Source: Eledone cirrhosa
Lineage: Eukaryota
DNA: 64,000 nt
Reading direction: 5' to 3'
NCBI GenBank assembly: GCA_964016885.1
Contig: OZ024757.1
Location: forward strand, 5,518,001 to 5,582,000
The notes below the pieces were generated by a model, which was not told the DNA's origin, did no database searches, and saw nothing but the letters and a program-made list of their open reading frames with translations. A program made the translations under genes and the position numbers. Positions 39,121 to 52,755 of this stretch are shown here, piece by piece (position 1 is the first letter of the stretch; each line of letters starts with the position of its first letter).

Positions 39121-39553
39121 TATATATATACAGTATATATATACAGTATATATATATAAACAGTATATATACAGTATATATATAGTACACAAAAGATGTA
39201 GTGGGATAATGAGTAGTCTTAAGACAAAGTCTGTCAAGATAGCTGTGCTGTAACTTACACTTATTGGGACTGTGTGTTGGCTAGCAGGCCTGTATTTTGG
39301 GACCTAGCTGGTCCATTATGAGGGAGGTCTGGTTAGTTGGCAACACCATGCCTTACTTGTGGTATATGTATGCATAGAAATAAGTTATTGTATATGTATA
39401 ACTGTCCATCTATATGTATACATGTATGTTTAAGTATGTGTTTACATACATATATACATTTTCAGCTGTATGCAAGTAAGAGTATATATAGTTTTATATA
39501 TATATATATTTATATATATATAAACAGACATATGAGTGTATATATATATATAT

Positions 39554-39878
39554 GGAGGCACATGGCTTAGTGGTTAGAGCATTGGCCTTGCAATCAAAAG
39601 GTTGTGAGTTCAATTCTCAGATCAGGTGATGTGTTGTTTCCTTGAGCAAGACACTTTATTTCACATTGCTCCAGTTTACTCATCTGTAGAAATGAGATGA
39701 TAGGGACTGGGGTCCTTATCATTCCACGGTAAAAAAGCACCCAGCACTCACTGTAAATGAGGTTGGTGTTAGGAAGGGCCTCCAGCTGTAGAAATCAAGC
39801 CAGAATCAGTTCCCATCCCACCCTTGTAAGCAGGGAAAAGCGGACGTAAACTGAAATGATAATGATGATGATGATGAT
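39554..39878 (+). mobile_element. Full-length CORE-type SINE with RTE-derived tail (family B)
   Basis: TGGCTTAGTGG A box, GAGTTCAATTC B box, MIR-CORE-like CCTTGAGCAAGACACTT..CAGTTTACTCATCTGTAGAAATG, RTE 3' end, (GAT)n. Confidence 0.85.
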
Positions 39879-39889
39879 ATATATGTTTA

Positions 39890-41055
39890 TATTTATATAT
39901 CAATCATCTTTTAATATATATATGTATATATAAAATATATACAGGGTCTCCCCCCAAAAGTGTATACACACTTCAACTACAGTCGATGTAAATGTGTATA
40001 CATATTTTAGGGACACCCTGTATATATACATATCATGTAACGTGACTCCTACTATTGTTGGTTGTACAGATCGTCACAGATGAAAATATTTATTTCGACC
40101 AAGATTGAATATTTAATGGAATTAAGTGGAATTAGGAAATAAGACAATAAAACAGTGAAATGAAGACATAAGAGGTAGATAGAGTAAAAGAAGAGAGGGG
40201 GAGAGAGAATTAACACAGTTTTGTCTTTCTATCTCTCTCACCCCTCCTCCGTCCTTATATTATTGTCTATTACTACACCTCATAAAAGCAGATCGCCACG
40301 CCACCTTTCGAGTAAACTAAGAAACTCTGAAAGGCTATGGGTGATAACTCTTTTTAAAAATTAAGGAACCAGCCCGGTTGGAACCATGTAACACTTTAGT
40401 CCTGGCGTTAGTAAGCCAGACTGCTCACACTAGTAAATTATTGTAGCGCCCTCTTTACAGTAAAAAGTGATACTATATAAAAGCAGTAGGAGATAACTCT
40501 GTAGACACTACAGTGAACTACGTGAGATTCGAACCCTTGTAAGATGAGAGAGCTGAGTTTAGTTAGCCGAGCTGCTACTAATTCAGCCAGATTAAAGTTT
40601 ATAAAGAGAGGACATTTTGTTTTTCTCTCTTTTAACCTCAACATTTCACTGTTTTATTGTTTTATTTCCTAATAAATTCCACTTAATTCCATTAAATATT
40701 CAATCTTGGTCATAATAAACTACTGAATCTATATTTCTGTCACAATTACAAATTTTATTTCGGCATATTTCATTAATATATAGTTATATTATTAAGTTAA
40801 TGTGACCAACACGTTAATTTTATTTAGTCTCCACATTTTCTTCCATGTTTAACAGATTCTACACAAAATTTTTAATAAAATACATGTATATTTATTTATA
40901 CACATGTAGGAGACGTTTAATGATATCTATATATATAATGTCCCACAAAAATATATACACACTTACATAGACTGTAGTTGAAGTGTGCATACATTTTTGG
41001 GGAGTCCCTGTATATATTTTATATACATATATATATGTTAAAAGATTATTGATAT
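39890..41055. repeat. Nested inverted repeats
   Basis: 39890-40052 is the reverse complement of about 40905-41055; 40096-40161 is the reverse complement of 40642-40711. Confidence 0.8.
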
Positions 41056-41464
41056 ATAAACATATATATATATATATATATATATATACGCACATATATT
41101 TATAAATATATACTCTTAAATATTCCATTAAATATTCTACACGTGTATATATATCTATAACTATATGGATATATATATATATATATAACTCTGAAAATGT
41201 ATATATGTATGTAAATATATCTTTATACATACATGTATACATATAGATAGACAGTTATGCACATAAAATATTTTATATATTTATATACATACAATGAATT
41301 ATTAACTTATTAAAAACTACAATGTATGATTAAATTATGTTTGATTTTAATGTCTATGAAAGAAAATTATTATAATTGATCTAAATTAATGTTAAAATAA
41401 ATTTTTGAAAATCTAAATAAACAGTTTATTTGTTAACAGAACCGTCGTGGTTCCTTATATAGGC

Positions 41465-41592
41465 ATAAGACCAACAATTTGGGGGGAGGGGAAAGTAGAT
41501 TAAATCAACCCCAGTGCATTACTGGTACTTTATTTTCTCGACCCCGTAAAGATTAAAGGCAAAGTTAACCTCGGAGGGATTTGAACTCAGAT
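41465..41592 (-). mobile_element. SINE fragment of a further family (Meta-domain-like); small piece also at about 7260-7320
   Basis: Reverse complement GAGTTCAAATCCCTCCGAGGTTAACTTTGCCTTT..GGGGTCGA.AAAATAAAGTACCAG. Confidence 0.6.
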
Positions 41593-43186
41593 CATACCGT
41601 CGTCATAATATTACAAATAAAAAGAGAGGGAGTCGGGCTGCGAACTGTAAGGTTCTTGTCTTTAGGTGGGGTGTTTTGTTGGTTGTTGGGTAGGAGCTGT
41701 TGGCCGATGGGTTGAGCATGTAGTGTCACTGAACCACGATCAAGGCTGCGATAGTGATGCTTCTGTGGTTTCATATTTCAACGCAGGCAAGATGATCTAT
41801 AATATGAACGGCGAAATTGTGGAGAAATTCATTCAATTACTACAGGTCTGACCCTTAATCTGAATTATATCTATTTATGTAGGTTTAACTTTACCAAGAT
41901 TACCGAATCACTGCTGAAACTTGGGGCTTCTGAAACTAACTTATTGTGTTAGCAGATGTTGGATGAGAATCTTCAATAAAAATATGGAGAAGCAAGGCGA
42001 TAGATCTTTCTTTTTGTTTGTGTTTGAATTAATCTTTACGTGTTTTCTTTTCTTTTGCTTGTAAATACAACCGACGTGTTGTAAGAGTGGTTGAGTTACT
42101 GCAGTGTTAATGCTTCAGTGTGCGGAAGCCAGGTTAACAGAGCAGAAATCTTGTTGAGAGATGTACTGGTACCAACCACATAATTATGGAGATAACGTTC
42201 AGATGAGTAATAAATTGTGGAATGTCCTAGCTTTCGTCCTGGTAAGGCTAAGTAGGCTTTTTGATGTGTTACCTTAGGTTTGTAAGGACTATTTAAGTCA
42301 ATATTTCAGTGATTGATTTCTTGTTTTTGGTGGGTAGTCGCACATGGTTGTATGTGTTGCTTATGTTGACTTAAGTGGAGCCCTAAAAATACCCGTCCAG
42401 CAGGCTGCCAAGACAGAGTTTTGAGATGTATCAAAAAGAGTGGAGGAGAAATAAATATAATACATTCATGAAACGTGTTACACGTGATTACGAATAAAAT
42501 GTCAAACTGAACCTTGGATCACTCAATCCTGATATATATTTCATTAGGGAACTAACCCCCGTTTAGTTTCCGATTGTCTTTAAACTGGGGCTTAAAGCAA
42601 CCGACCAAACAGTCCCTTCCTAATTCAAGAAGGTATGTGACCTGAAAGAAATTTGGCTGCTATTTCCAACAGGTCAAGTAACCACATAGAGGTCTTCACT
42701 CCTTCTCTCGAAACAAACATATTTGTTATTGTTGGTGGTTTTAGCCAAAAAGTTGTTGTTGAAATCAGTAATTTTTTACAGGAAAGTTAGGATTAACTAA
42801 TGAACTTGATACAATTGAGTGAGGGAAGATTTTAGCTGGCCAACATAGAAAACACTTTCTAAATGAGACAGAACACTTTGTAGAATAATTATTTCAATGA
42901 TTCTTTTCTAACTTTTCCTTTCAACTTTCTCTTTCATTTCACTTGTTTTTCCTTCCTTTCTTTAACCTTCTTATTAGATTATATGTTGTCTTATATTTTC
43001 ACTTGGACTTTATACTTCTCTGTGTTATATATATAAGGTTCCATGTGAAACACCATAACTAGAATACAATTGAACAACAAACAAACGATTTGTTTCGGTT
43101 ATAAAGAATTTGCGTTACAACGAATTATCTTTATACTCCGTGAATTTCTTTATAACGGAATTTCACTGTATATATATTGTGTGTGC

Positions 43187-43244
<58 letters not shown>

Positions 43245-43349
43245 CAAGAAGAAGAATGATATTCTGGCGGTTTTCGAGCTTATTCTGAAGTCTGTACAAA
43301 AGACTTGCTGTGTTGATTGTTTAACTAAACGTAAGAGTTTAAAGAAGAA

Positions 43350-44028
43350 TCTGTAATGGATAATTTCACTGCTATTTCTAGCAGGGTACGAGACTACGTA
43401 GATATATAATTGATATTTTACTGAGTGATACTTTTTGATTTGCCATCGATTAAATACGATTGGAAGTGTGTCTGAATACATTAAATTATATCAGGGACTG
43501 TTAACGTATGACACCGGTAAGGGAGTTAAATCATTTCCAACGACACCGAGTACCTGCTGTCTTCATTATAACTTTAATTAATCTAATTATATCTTGTGTA
43601 ACAATTATATATATATATACACAATTTTAATTCCCCGACATCAGTCTTACACTGTCATATCTATTCTTACTTTACAATTGTGTCTACTAAGAGTTCCATT
43701 ACAATCTGTAGTAGTGAAACTACTATTTCACCAGAACATCTGCTATCAGTCATTTATAGACAATATATATATTTTAGACCAGATATCAACCTAATATATG
43801 TATATTTCCTATCAAATCTGTAGCTAAAGACATAAAGTCAGCCTCACTACTTCATTCTGACAAGATATCAATTTATGACTAAAGAAGAAGAAGATACACC
43901 AACGTTAATGTCGTGAAATAAAGCTGATAACATTGAAACTTCTAATTTGATAACAAAGAGATTATTTCTTAGGTTGTTTAGTAAAACCTAACAACACAAC
44001 ATATTGATTATATGTGAAGGAGGTAAGT
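43350..44028 (+). promoter_or_regulatory. Putative promoter and non-coding first exon of ZNF gene 2 (donor at 44023)
   Basis: Third copy of the module; similarity to copy 1 continues into the intron (44220-44300 versus 11458-11530). Confidence 0.6.
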
Positions 44029-44426
44029 TGACAAAGATTTACTTAATGTCTATATTAATGTGTGTAAATAATATAATTATGTGAACCCTACAACGACCCA
44101 GTAATTATATACAAGTGAAAATATATATAACAACATTAGAAAAATATATTTCTTCCTCCACTTTTATATATAGAAAAAACACTTCCAAACTGAAATGTTG
44201 ATGTGATATTTTTCAATCATCAGATTCCACTGTTACATGTGATATAAAATATATTGTTATCATACCTGTCTTTATTATTTAAAATACCTCCGTCTATATT
44301 TCAACCACTGGAACAACCTCAAACAAGAAACAGTTGTCACACCCTCAGTCAACATTTTTAATGTCAAAAATCAAAATAAATGTTATGAGTGTATATAGAT
44401 AGATGTATGTTGTGTGTGTATATATA

Positions 44427-45012
44427 CAGTAATCCCCAGCTATATCGCGGTTCACTTTTCGCGGTCCCGTTACATCGCGGATATTTCTTTGGAACGTATC
44501 TAATTTCCTATCGCGGTAATCCTCGCCACATCGCGGATTATTCGTTAGAACATATCTAGTTTTTTATCGCGGTACGTCTGAATAAAAAGTGTTTAAAATT
44601 TAAACTTATTAAATAAGTTTCAATGTTATTAAAGTGTATATCGTAAGGAAGGGAGCTCTTAAGGCTTTAATTATAAACAAATGTTTATATTTTTCATTCC
44701 ATTATTGTTTTACTGATCGTGTTTTGCTCTAATCTACTACAAACCCTTCATAGATTGACGGGAGATGTGCAGTGTATTACAAAGTGGCTACCGTGGCTGG
44801 CAATAGTCCTCATTAGTAACTAGTGGTATGATAGTTGGTGGTAGTTTCTATACGATCGTTACTGGCTGTTTTTGGTGTTTAAATACAAAAGTGTGTTTTA
44901 ATGAGTTTATATGTACTTAAAGCATGTATGAGAGGTATTTTAAGGCTTAAACTATGAAAACAACGGTTGTCTTTGTGGTCTCTCTATATCACGGTTGGTT
45001 CTGGAACGTATC
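44427..45012. mobile_element. pogo/Tigger-like non-autonomous element, right end lost
   Basis: TA|CAGTAATCCCCAGCTATATCGCGG followed by repeated ATCGCGG subterminal motifs. Confidence 0.55.
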
Positions 45013-45880
45013 CTGGCTTAGTGGTTAGAGCATTGGGCTTGCAATCGAATGGTTGTGAGTTCGATTGTCGTACCGAGTGATGTGTTGTTTCCTTGAGCAA
45101 GACACTCTATTTCACATTGTTTACTCAGCTGTAGAAATGAGTTGTGATGTTACTGGTGCCAAGCTGTATCAGCCATTGTCTTTCTCTTGGACAACATCAT
45201 ATATAGTGTATAATATATACTGTATATAGTGTATATATAATATATATATAGTGTATATATACTGTACACAGTGTATATATAATATATATATAGTATATAT
45301 GTTGTGATACTGGTGCCAAGCTGTATCAGCCATAGTCTTTCTCTTGGACAACATCATATATAGTGTATAATATATACTGTACATAGTGTATATATAATAT
45401 ATATATAGTGTATATATGTTGTGATGTTACTGGTACCAAGCTGTATCAGCCATTACTTTTCTCTTGGACAACATTATATATAGTGTATAATATATACTGT
45501 ACATAGTGTATATATAATATATATATAGTGTATAATATATACTGTACATAGTGTATATATATATATAGTATATATATGTTGTGATGTTACTGGTACCAAG
45601 CTGTATCAGCCATAGCCTTTCTCTTGGACAACATCATATATAGTGTATAATATATACTGTACATAGTGTATATATAATATATATATAGTGTACATAGTGT
45701 ATATATAATATATATATAGTGTATATATACTGTATATAGTGTATATATAATATATATATAGTGTATATATAATATATATAGTGTATATATATGGTATATA
45801 GTGTATATATAATATATATAGTGTATATATATGGTACATAGTGTATATATAATATATATATATAGTGTATATATACTGTA
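45013..45880 (+). repeat. CORE-type SINE whose tail is tandemly repeated four times with TA-rich spacers
   Basis: SINE head at 45013; unit GTTGTGATGTTACTGGT.CCAAGCTGTATCAGCC..CTTGGACAACATCA at about 45141, 45301, 45418 and 45578. Confidence 0.8.
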
Positions 45881-45894
45881 CCTGGTGTATAGTT

Positions 45895-46030
45895 TTTAAC
45901 TGGTTGAAATCCTTCACTCTCAGTTGAAGAGAGGTAGTCACGGTTCTAGGACAGCATTCTTCACTGTATGAGATGTCATCTGGTGTACCACAGGGATCTG
46001 TTCTTGGACCCCTTTTGTTTGTTGCATATG
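45895..46030 (+). mobile_element. Short RT fragment of the same CR1-like family as 536-5000
   Basis: Reverse complement of about 1695-1824 (EMSSGVPQGSVLGPLLFVAY). Confidence 0.88.
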
Positions 46031-46814
46031 TAGTGGATAAATGTATTCTTTGTGGATGAATGATAAAAAGAATAATGCCAGAATTGTGATGTTGACAATG
46101 TTTATTTTACAATAACAATATTCACTTGTTGCTATATTGAATATCGAGTAACATTATAGAACCATCTAGGCAATAGAAGGAGCTGGTGTCCTGTGTCCAC
46201 TTGCTACTTATTGCACCTGAGCATCGCCACATACAAAATCTACGTTCTTAGATAGCTTACCTCTAATCCCACTACATCTTTTATGTACCCATAGTTTGCA
46301 TTTGGGACATAAAATGGAATGTCTACCTACTCCTTTGCTACACACTGAACATGGCCATTTCCCAGAGGGCACCTGTGCCCTATTTTCCTTTCTACATACT
46401 AGAAATATGTGTATGTAACTCAAATAGTGGTCCCCCATCCTCACTTTGGTCTCAAATAAGTGTACCCCACCCTCACTTTCATCTCAAATAATCTTCCCCC
46501 ACCCTCACTTATTTATTTTCCACCCCACTCTTGATTCACCCTACCCTCTGTTTATTAAATTTTTCTTATCTCTGGTGAAATATTATTCAAAGTGGTCGCA
46601 TTCCTGCGACAATTTTCTTTAGACATTAAAAAACATTTTACATGACATAAAAAGTGCATTACTAGAAATGCCATATGTTATAAAATAAACAAGATGGGTT
46701 GGGGTCACATTATGTAAACTAAATGACTAATTCTGGATTTTTATCTCTGGTGAAGTTTTACCGATTTTCCACACACCTCACGTTTCTTTCTGGGTCGATG
46801 TATTTAATATAGGA

Positions 46815-47185
46815 AAAGTACCCAGTCTACACTGTAAAGTGGTTGTGTAGTTGTCAGAACAAAAAGCACCCAGTCTACATTTTAAAGTGGTTGTGTAGGT
46901 GTCAGAACAAAAAGTGCCCAGTCCACAGTGTAAAGTGGTTGTGTAGCTGTCATGACAAAAAGTGTCCAGTCCACACTGTAAAGTGGTTGTGTAGGTGTCA
47001 GAACAAAAAGTGCCCAGCATACACTGTAAATATGGTTGACATTAGGAAGGACATCCCTCCGTGTAAACAAAGACAGAAACAGTTCTGTATGAGCAAAACA
47101 TGGTCACCTGACCGAAATTGCTTCAAATGGGACAACCCGTCAAACCCATGCTACCTTGGAAAATGGCCGTTAAATGATAACGATA
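46815..47185 (+). mobile_element. RTE 3' UTR with an internal 47-bp tandem repeat (about five units)
   Basis: AAAAAG..CCCAGTC.ACACTGTAAAGTGGTTGTGTAG.TGTCAGAAC repeats, then the RTE terminal motif. Confidence 0.75.
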
Positions 47186-47694
47186 TATTTATGTAAATGA
47201 ATTTTTTTTTCTTTTACGCCTGGGAGTGAAAGGCCTCCAGTTGTTGTCACAACCTTCTAGGAGAAGGAAACTCTGAAAGAAAACCTGCGGCTTAGGAAAC
47301 ATCCGATGATGTTGATCAGTTCTCCTTTTAGCGTTTTTGATGTTCAGAGAGTGGGATTGGTTGAGTGCAAGGCCTTTCCCCACTTAAAAAACCTTCAAAG
47401 CACAGGCATTGCTTGTTCAGGATATGTTATAAGTTTGTATGGCTGGCCGTAGCCTAAAAGTGGACCAAATTCTATAATGTGACAAGTGATTGCAAAACTC
47501 TTAGCAGAGTTTTCAGCCTTCACATGTATATATAGAGATAAAATGTGGTTGGTGTTAGGAAGGGCATCCAACTGTAGAAAACCTGCCAGATACGAGTGAG
47601 ATACGGTCACCCGATCAATGAAGTGGGACAATTCCCATCTAACCCATGTTAGCATGGCAGACGTTTAATGATGATGAAGATACATATAAATATG

Positions 47695-47773
<79 letters not shown>

Positions 47774-47802
47774 ATATATATGTATATATGTACATATAAC
47801 GT

Positions 47803-49130
47803 CTGATGATCTAACGCTCATAGCTGAATCAATGGCCGAGCTAGAGAAGAAATTCCAAACATGGAAGCACGGCCTAGAATCAAAAGGCTTTAAAATTAAC
47901 CTGGCTAAGACTAAAGTTCTAGTTTGTAGGAAAGAAAATAAGGCGCCGCTCCCCTCCGGGAAATGGCCATGCTCAGTGTGTAGGAAAGGCGTAGGTAGAA
48001 ACTCCATTTTATGTCCCAAATGCAAAGTATGGGTGCATAAAAGATGTAGTGGGATCACAGGTAAGCTAACTAAGAACACAGATTTTACATGTGGCCGGTG
48101 CTCTGGTGAAATAAGTAGCAGCAAGTGCCCACAAAATACTAACTCTTTCAATTACGCAGAGGGTTCTATAGAAATAGTGGACAGCTTCCGTTACCTGGGT
48201 GACAAAATCAGCAGTGGGGGAGGGTGCTCTGAAAGTACAGTAGCTAGAGTCAGAACTGGATGGAAAAAGTTCAGAGAGCTTATACCACTATTAGCCGCTG
48301 AAGGGTTCTCCCTAAAAATGAAAGGCAGGTTGTATGATGCCTGCATACGAACAGCAATGTTGCATGGCAGTGAGACCTGGGCATTGTGTGCAGAGGATAT
48401 ACGCAGACTAGAGAGGAACGAAGCTTGCATGCTCCGCTGGATGTGTAATAGTAATATACGCGAACGGCAAAGCATAAACGAACTAAGGAAAAAATTAGAA
48501 ATAAGAGGGATCAGATGTTGTTTACTCGAGAGAAGGCTACGTTGGTATGGTCACGTGATGCGCATGAAAGACGACAGCTGTATAACAAAGTGCAGGGCAA
48601 TAAAGATAGATGGTAGCCACGGAGTAGGCAGACCCAGGAAAACCTGGGTAGAGCTGATAAATTCCGACCTCACGCACTTACACCTCTCCAAGACAATGTC
48701 ACTGGACCGAGACCTTTGGCGGTACTCAGTAACAGAGAAGACCCGCCTTACCTAAATACAAAGTAAAACCTACTAGTCAGTAGGCATCTCTAACAAAATA
48801 CACCCCCGTCCCACCCCAACCACACCGCCCCCTTCAATGCAAAGTTATGTTGGTGCCACAACATCCAGGCCGAAACAAACGAGATCGTGTAGGTGTCACG
48901 ACAAAAAAACACACAGTCCACGCTGTAAATGTGGCCGTGTAGGCAACACGATAAAAACCTCTCAGTCCCACACTGTAAATGTGGTTGGTGTTAGGAAGGG
49001 CATCCAGCTGTAGAAAACCCGCCAGACAGTCCTATGCGAGCAAGACAACCACTCTTGCCTCAAGTGGGAAAACCACCGTCCAAACCCATGCAAGCGTGGA
49101 ACAGGGACGTTAAACGATGATGATGATGAT
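47803..49130 (+). mobile_element. 5'-truncated RTE LINE with open ORF2 3' half; its 3' UTR recurs near-identically at 58733-59016
   Basis: [52 protein letters not shown] at 48755, GGACGTTAAACGATGATGAT tail. Confidence 0.92.
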
Positions 49131-49665
49131 ATGTATGTATATATATATATATGTATATATGTACATATATTTATGTATATATATATGTATATATATATAT
49201 GTATGTATATATATGTATATATATGTATGTATATATATATGTATATATGTACATATATATGTATGTATATGTATGTATATATATGTATATATGTACATAT
49301 ATATGTATGTATATGTATGTATATATGTACATATATATGTATGTATATATATGTATATATGTATGTATATATATGTATATATATGTATATATATATGTAT
49401 ATATGTACATATATATATATATATGTATATACGTGTATATATATGTATATATGTACATATATATATGTATTTGTGCATATATATATATATGTACATATAT
49501 ATATATGTATTTATGTATATATATATATATTTGTACATATATATATATGTATATATTTGTACATATATATATATATGTATATATATAAGTGTATATATAT
49601 ACATATGAATATATGTGTATATATATATACATATGAATATATTTATATATGTTTATATGTATATA
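49130..49665. repeat. (TA)n/TATG degenerate microsatellite
   Basis: Direct reading. Confidence 0.95.
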
Positions 49666-50652
49666 TCATCATCATTGAAGACACTCGAAATAGAAACTGA
49701 TACAGGGTAGAGAGAGCTCTTAAGTCCAGTAAAATAACCTCTCTAGTGCCAATACACCCAGTCCTTGCTGTAAAGGGGTTGAGGAGAGGAAGGGCATCCA
49801 ACCAGAATAGAAAAAAAACAAGGCCAAAATTATGGAAAGCCCTGCAAATAAAGTTCCCACTAATTGTGTCTACAGGACTAACACATGTCATGTTGGTGGG
49901 GTGCCTAGGGTAGCCATGTGTGAGCATCCTTTGACTCTTATCAAGCAATTGCACAGCATTTTCCCCTTCCATGTAGAAAGAACTGTTACTCAAGGAACTG
50001 TCAAGTTACACATCTCAGCTCTCAGACAATTACCATGTTAGAATGTCATATAAGAATGTTCTTGGGTAAAGGCTATAGGGCAGACCTCCCAAGAGTTAGA
50101 AGGATAACATTTACAGAGCTTGCTGGAATACCACTGCTCACATTGGAGAGAATAACTCTGGAGAGGAAAGTTGATATCTACAATTTATCAATATAGAAAT
50201 AGAAATTTCCAATGTTAAATCTATCTCTGCTTCTAAAGTATTCTCTATTATCTCATACTGTTTCTTTCTTATTTCAGAATACCAGATGACATTGGGATAT
50301 ATTTACTCTTTAATCTTGAATACATCCCCTCTATTTATCATTATTCCAAGACTAAATATTTTGATACAGAACTCATATAACACTGTTTATATAAATCTAT
50401 TGCAGAATTACTGTGAAATATTTCCTCAGAACTGTGTGTCTTGGAAAAGTATTGTTTCATCAGCATCTGAAATATTTACAAGATGATTTTGAATCTTAAC
50501 TAAACTTGGATCAGAAAGAAGTTTGCATCATCTTCAGATCTTGACTGAGGTCACAGTTGCTGGAAATATTGCAGAAGAAATATCATCAGGAATAAAATAT
50601 ATAAAATAAGACAAGAATAACATCTGTAAATTCTGCCAAGGGGAGAAGAAAC

Positions 50653-52635
50653 ATGGAAAATAAATTTAGTGAAAAGAAGATTAAATGTGAAACATTGTCT
50701 AAAGATATGGCTATTCCAGAAGAGATGTCAAAGCCTAGAGGAGAGAAGCCATATCACTGTGATGTCTGTGGTCAATCATTCTTTGTAAGTAGTCACTTAA
50801 CTAAACACTTACGTACCCATACAGGTGAGAAGCCATATCACTGTGATATCTGTGGTAAATCATTCTCTGATAATAGTAACTTAACTACTCACAAACGTAT
50901 ACATACAGGAGACAAGCCATATCACTGTGATATCTGTGGAAAATCATTCTCTCAAAGTAGTACCTTAACTACTCACAAACGTATACATACAGGAGACAAG
51001 CCATATCACTGTGATATCTGTGGTAAATCATTCTCTGTAAGTAGTCACTTAACTTCTCACAAACGTATACATACAGGTGAGAAGCCATATCACTGTGATA
51101 TCTGTGGTAAAACATTCCGTCAAATTGATATATTAACTAAACACTTACGTACCCATACAGGAGACAAACCATACCACTGTGATATCTGTGGTAAATCATT
51201 CTCTGATAGTAGTAACGTAACTACTCACAAACGTATACATACAGGAGACAAGCCATACCACTGTGATATCTGTGGTAAATCATTCTCTCGAAGTAGTCAC
51301 TTAACTTCTCACAAACATATACATACAGGTAAGAAGCCATATCACTGTGATATCTGTGGAAAATCATTCTCTGATAGTAGTAAGGTAACTACTCACAAAC
51401 GTATACATAGAGGAGACAAACCATACCACCGTGATATCTGTGGTAAATCATTCTCTGTAAGTAGTAGCTTAATTTCTCACAAACATATACATACAGGTGA
51501 GAAACCATACCGCTGTGATATCTGTGGTAAATCATTCTCTCGAAGTAGTACCTTATCTAGACACAAACATAAACATACAGGGGAGAGGCAATATCACTGT
51601 GATATCTGTGGTAAATCATTCTCTGTAAATAGTCACTTAACTAAACACTTACATACCCATACAGGTGAGAAGTCATACCACTGTGATATCTGTGGTAAAT
51701 CATTCTCTCGAAGTAGTACCTTATCTAGACACAAACGTATACATACAGGAGAGAGGCCATATCACTGTGATATCTGTGGGAAATCATTCTCTGTAAATAG
51801 TCACTTAACTAAACACTTACATACCCATACAGGTGAGAAGCCATACCACTGTGATATCTGTGGTAAATCATTCTCTCGAAGTAGTACCTTATCTAGACAC
51901 AAACGTATACATACAGGAGAGAGGCCATATCAATGTGATATCTGTGGTAAATCATTCTCTGTAAGAAGTCACTTAACTACTCACAAACGTATACATACAG
52001 GTGAGAAACCATATCATTGTGATATCTGTGGTAAATCATTCTCTGAAAGTGGTCCCTTAACTAAACACAAGCGTACCCATACAGGAGACAAGCCATATGA
52101 CTGTGATATCTGTGGTAAATCATTCTCTGTAAGTAGTGCCTTAACTAACCACAAACGTATACATACAGGGGAGAAGCCATATCACTGTGATATCTGTGGT
52201 AAATCATTCTCTCAATATAGTCACTTAACTATTCACAAACGTATACATACAGGAGAGAAGCCATATCACTGTGATATATGTGGTAAAACATTCCCTCATA
52301 GTGATACATTAACTAAACATTTACGTACTCATACAGGAGAGAAGCCATATCACTGTGATATATGTGGTAAAACATTCCCTCAAAGTGGTACATTGGCTAA
52401 ACACTTATGTACCCATACTGGAGACAATCCATATCACTGTGATGTCCGTCGTAAATCATTCTCTGTAAGTAGTAGCTTAATTTCTTACAAATGTATAAAT
52501 ACAGGTGAGAAACCAAACCACTGTGATATCTGTGGTAAATCATTCTCTGATAGTATTACCTTAACCACTCATAAACGTATACATACAGGAGACAAGCCAG
52601 GTCACTGTGGTAAATCATTTACAAGTAGTCACTGA
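50653..52635 (+). CDS. Poly-C2H2 zinc-finger protein, 660 aa, 22 finger units (about 20 intact), no recognisable KRAB/ZAD/BTB domain
   Basis: Open ORF of HTG(E/D)[12 protein letters not shown] units; acceptor TTTCAG| at 50277; fingers 9 and 21 lack a zinc ligand; AATAAA at 53445. Confidence 0.93.
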   Translation: MENKFSEKKIKCETLSKDMAIPEEMSKPRGEKPYHCDVCGQSFFVSSHLTKHLRTHTGEKPYHCDICGKSFSDNSNLTTHKRIHTGDKPYHCDICGKSFSQSSTLTTHKRIHTGDKPYHCDICGKSFSVSSHLTSHKRIHTGEKPYHCDICGKTFRQIDILTKHLRTHTGDKPYHCDICGKSFSDSSNVTTHKRIHTGDKPYHCDICGKSFSRSSHLTSHKHIHTGKKPYHCDICGKSFSDSSKVTTHKRIHRGDKPYHRDICGKSFSVSSSLISHKHIHTGEKPYRCDICGKSFSRSSTLSRHKHKHTGERQYHCDICGKSFSVNSHLTKHLHTHTGEKSYHCDICGKSFSRSSTLSRHKRIHTGERPYHCDICGKSFSVNSHLTKHLHTHTGEKPYHCDICGKSFSRSSTLSRHKRIHTGERPYQCDICGKSFSVRSHLTTHKRIHTGEKPYHCDICGKSFSESGPLTKHKRTHTGDKPYDCDICGKSFSVSSALTNHKRIHTGEKPYHCDICGKSFSQYSHLTIHKRIHTGEKPYHCDICGKTFPHSDTLTKHLRTHTGEKPYHCDICGKTFPQSGTLAKHLCTHTGDNPYHCDVRRKSFSVSSSLISYKCINTGEKPNHCDICGKSFSDSITLTTHKRIHTGDKPGHCGKSFTSSH

Positions 52636-52755
<120 letters not shown>

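Noticed and set aside
39554-39625. tRNA gene
   Set aside because: A and B boxes run into CORE and a LINE-derived tail; this is a SINE head, as at 24197, 28460 and 45013.
41600-42470. Possible decayed coding or retroelement sequence
   Set aside because: No motif I could identify with confidence.
47646-47802. N-terminus of the 369-aa ORF
   Set aside because: Chance frame through an RTE tail and TA repeat; only 47803 onward is RTE ORF2.
49110-49700. Overlapping Tyr/Ile/Met ORFs
   Set aside because: (TA)n microsatellite artefacts, as at 10241-10767 and 40892-41242.
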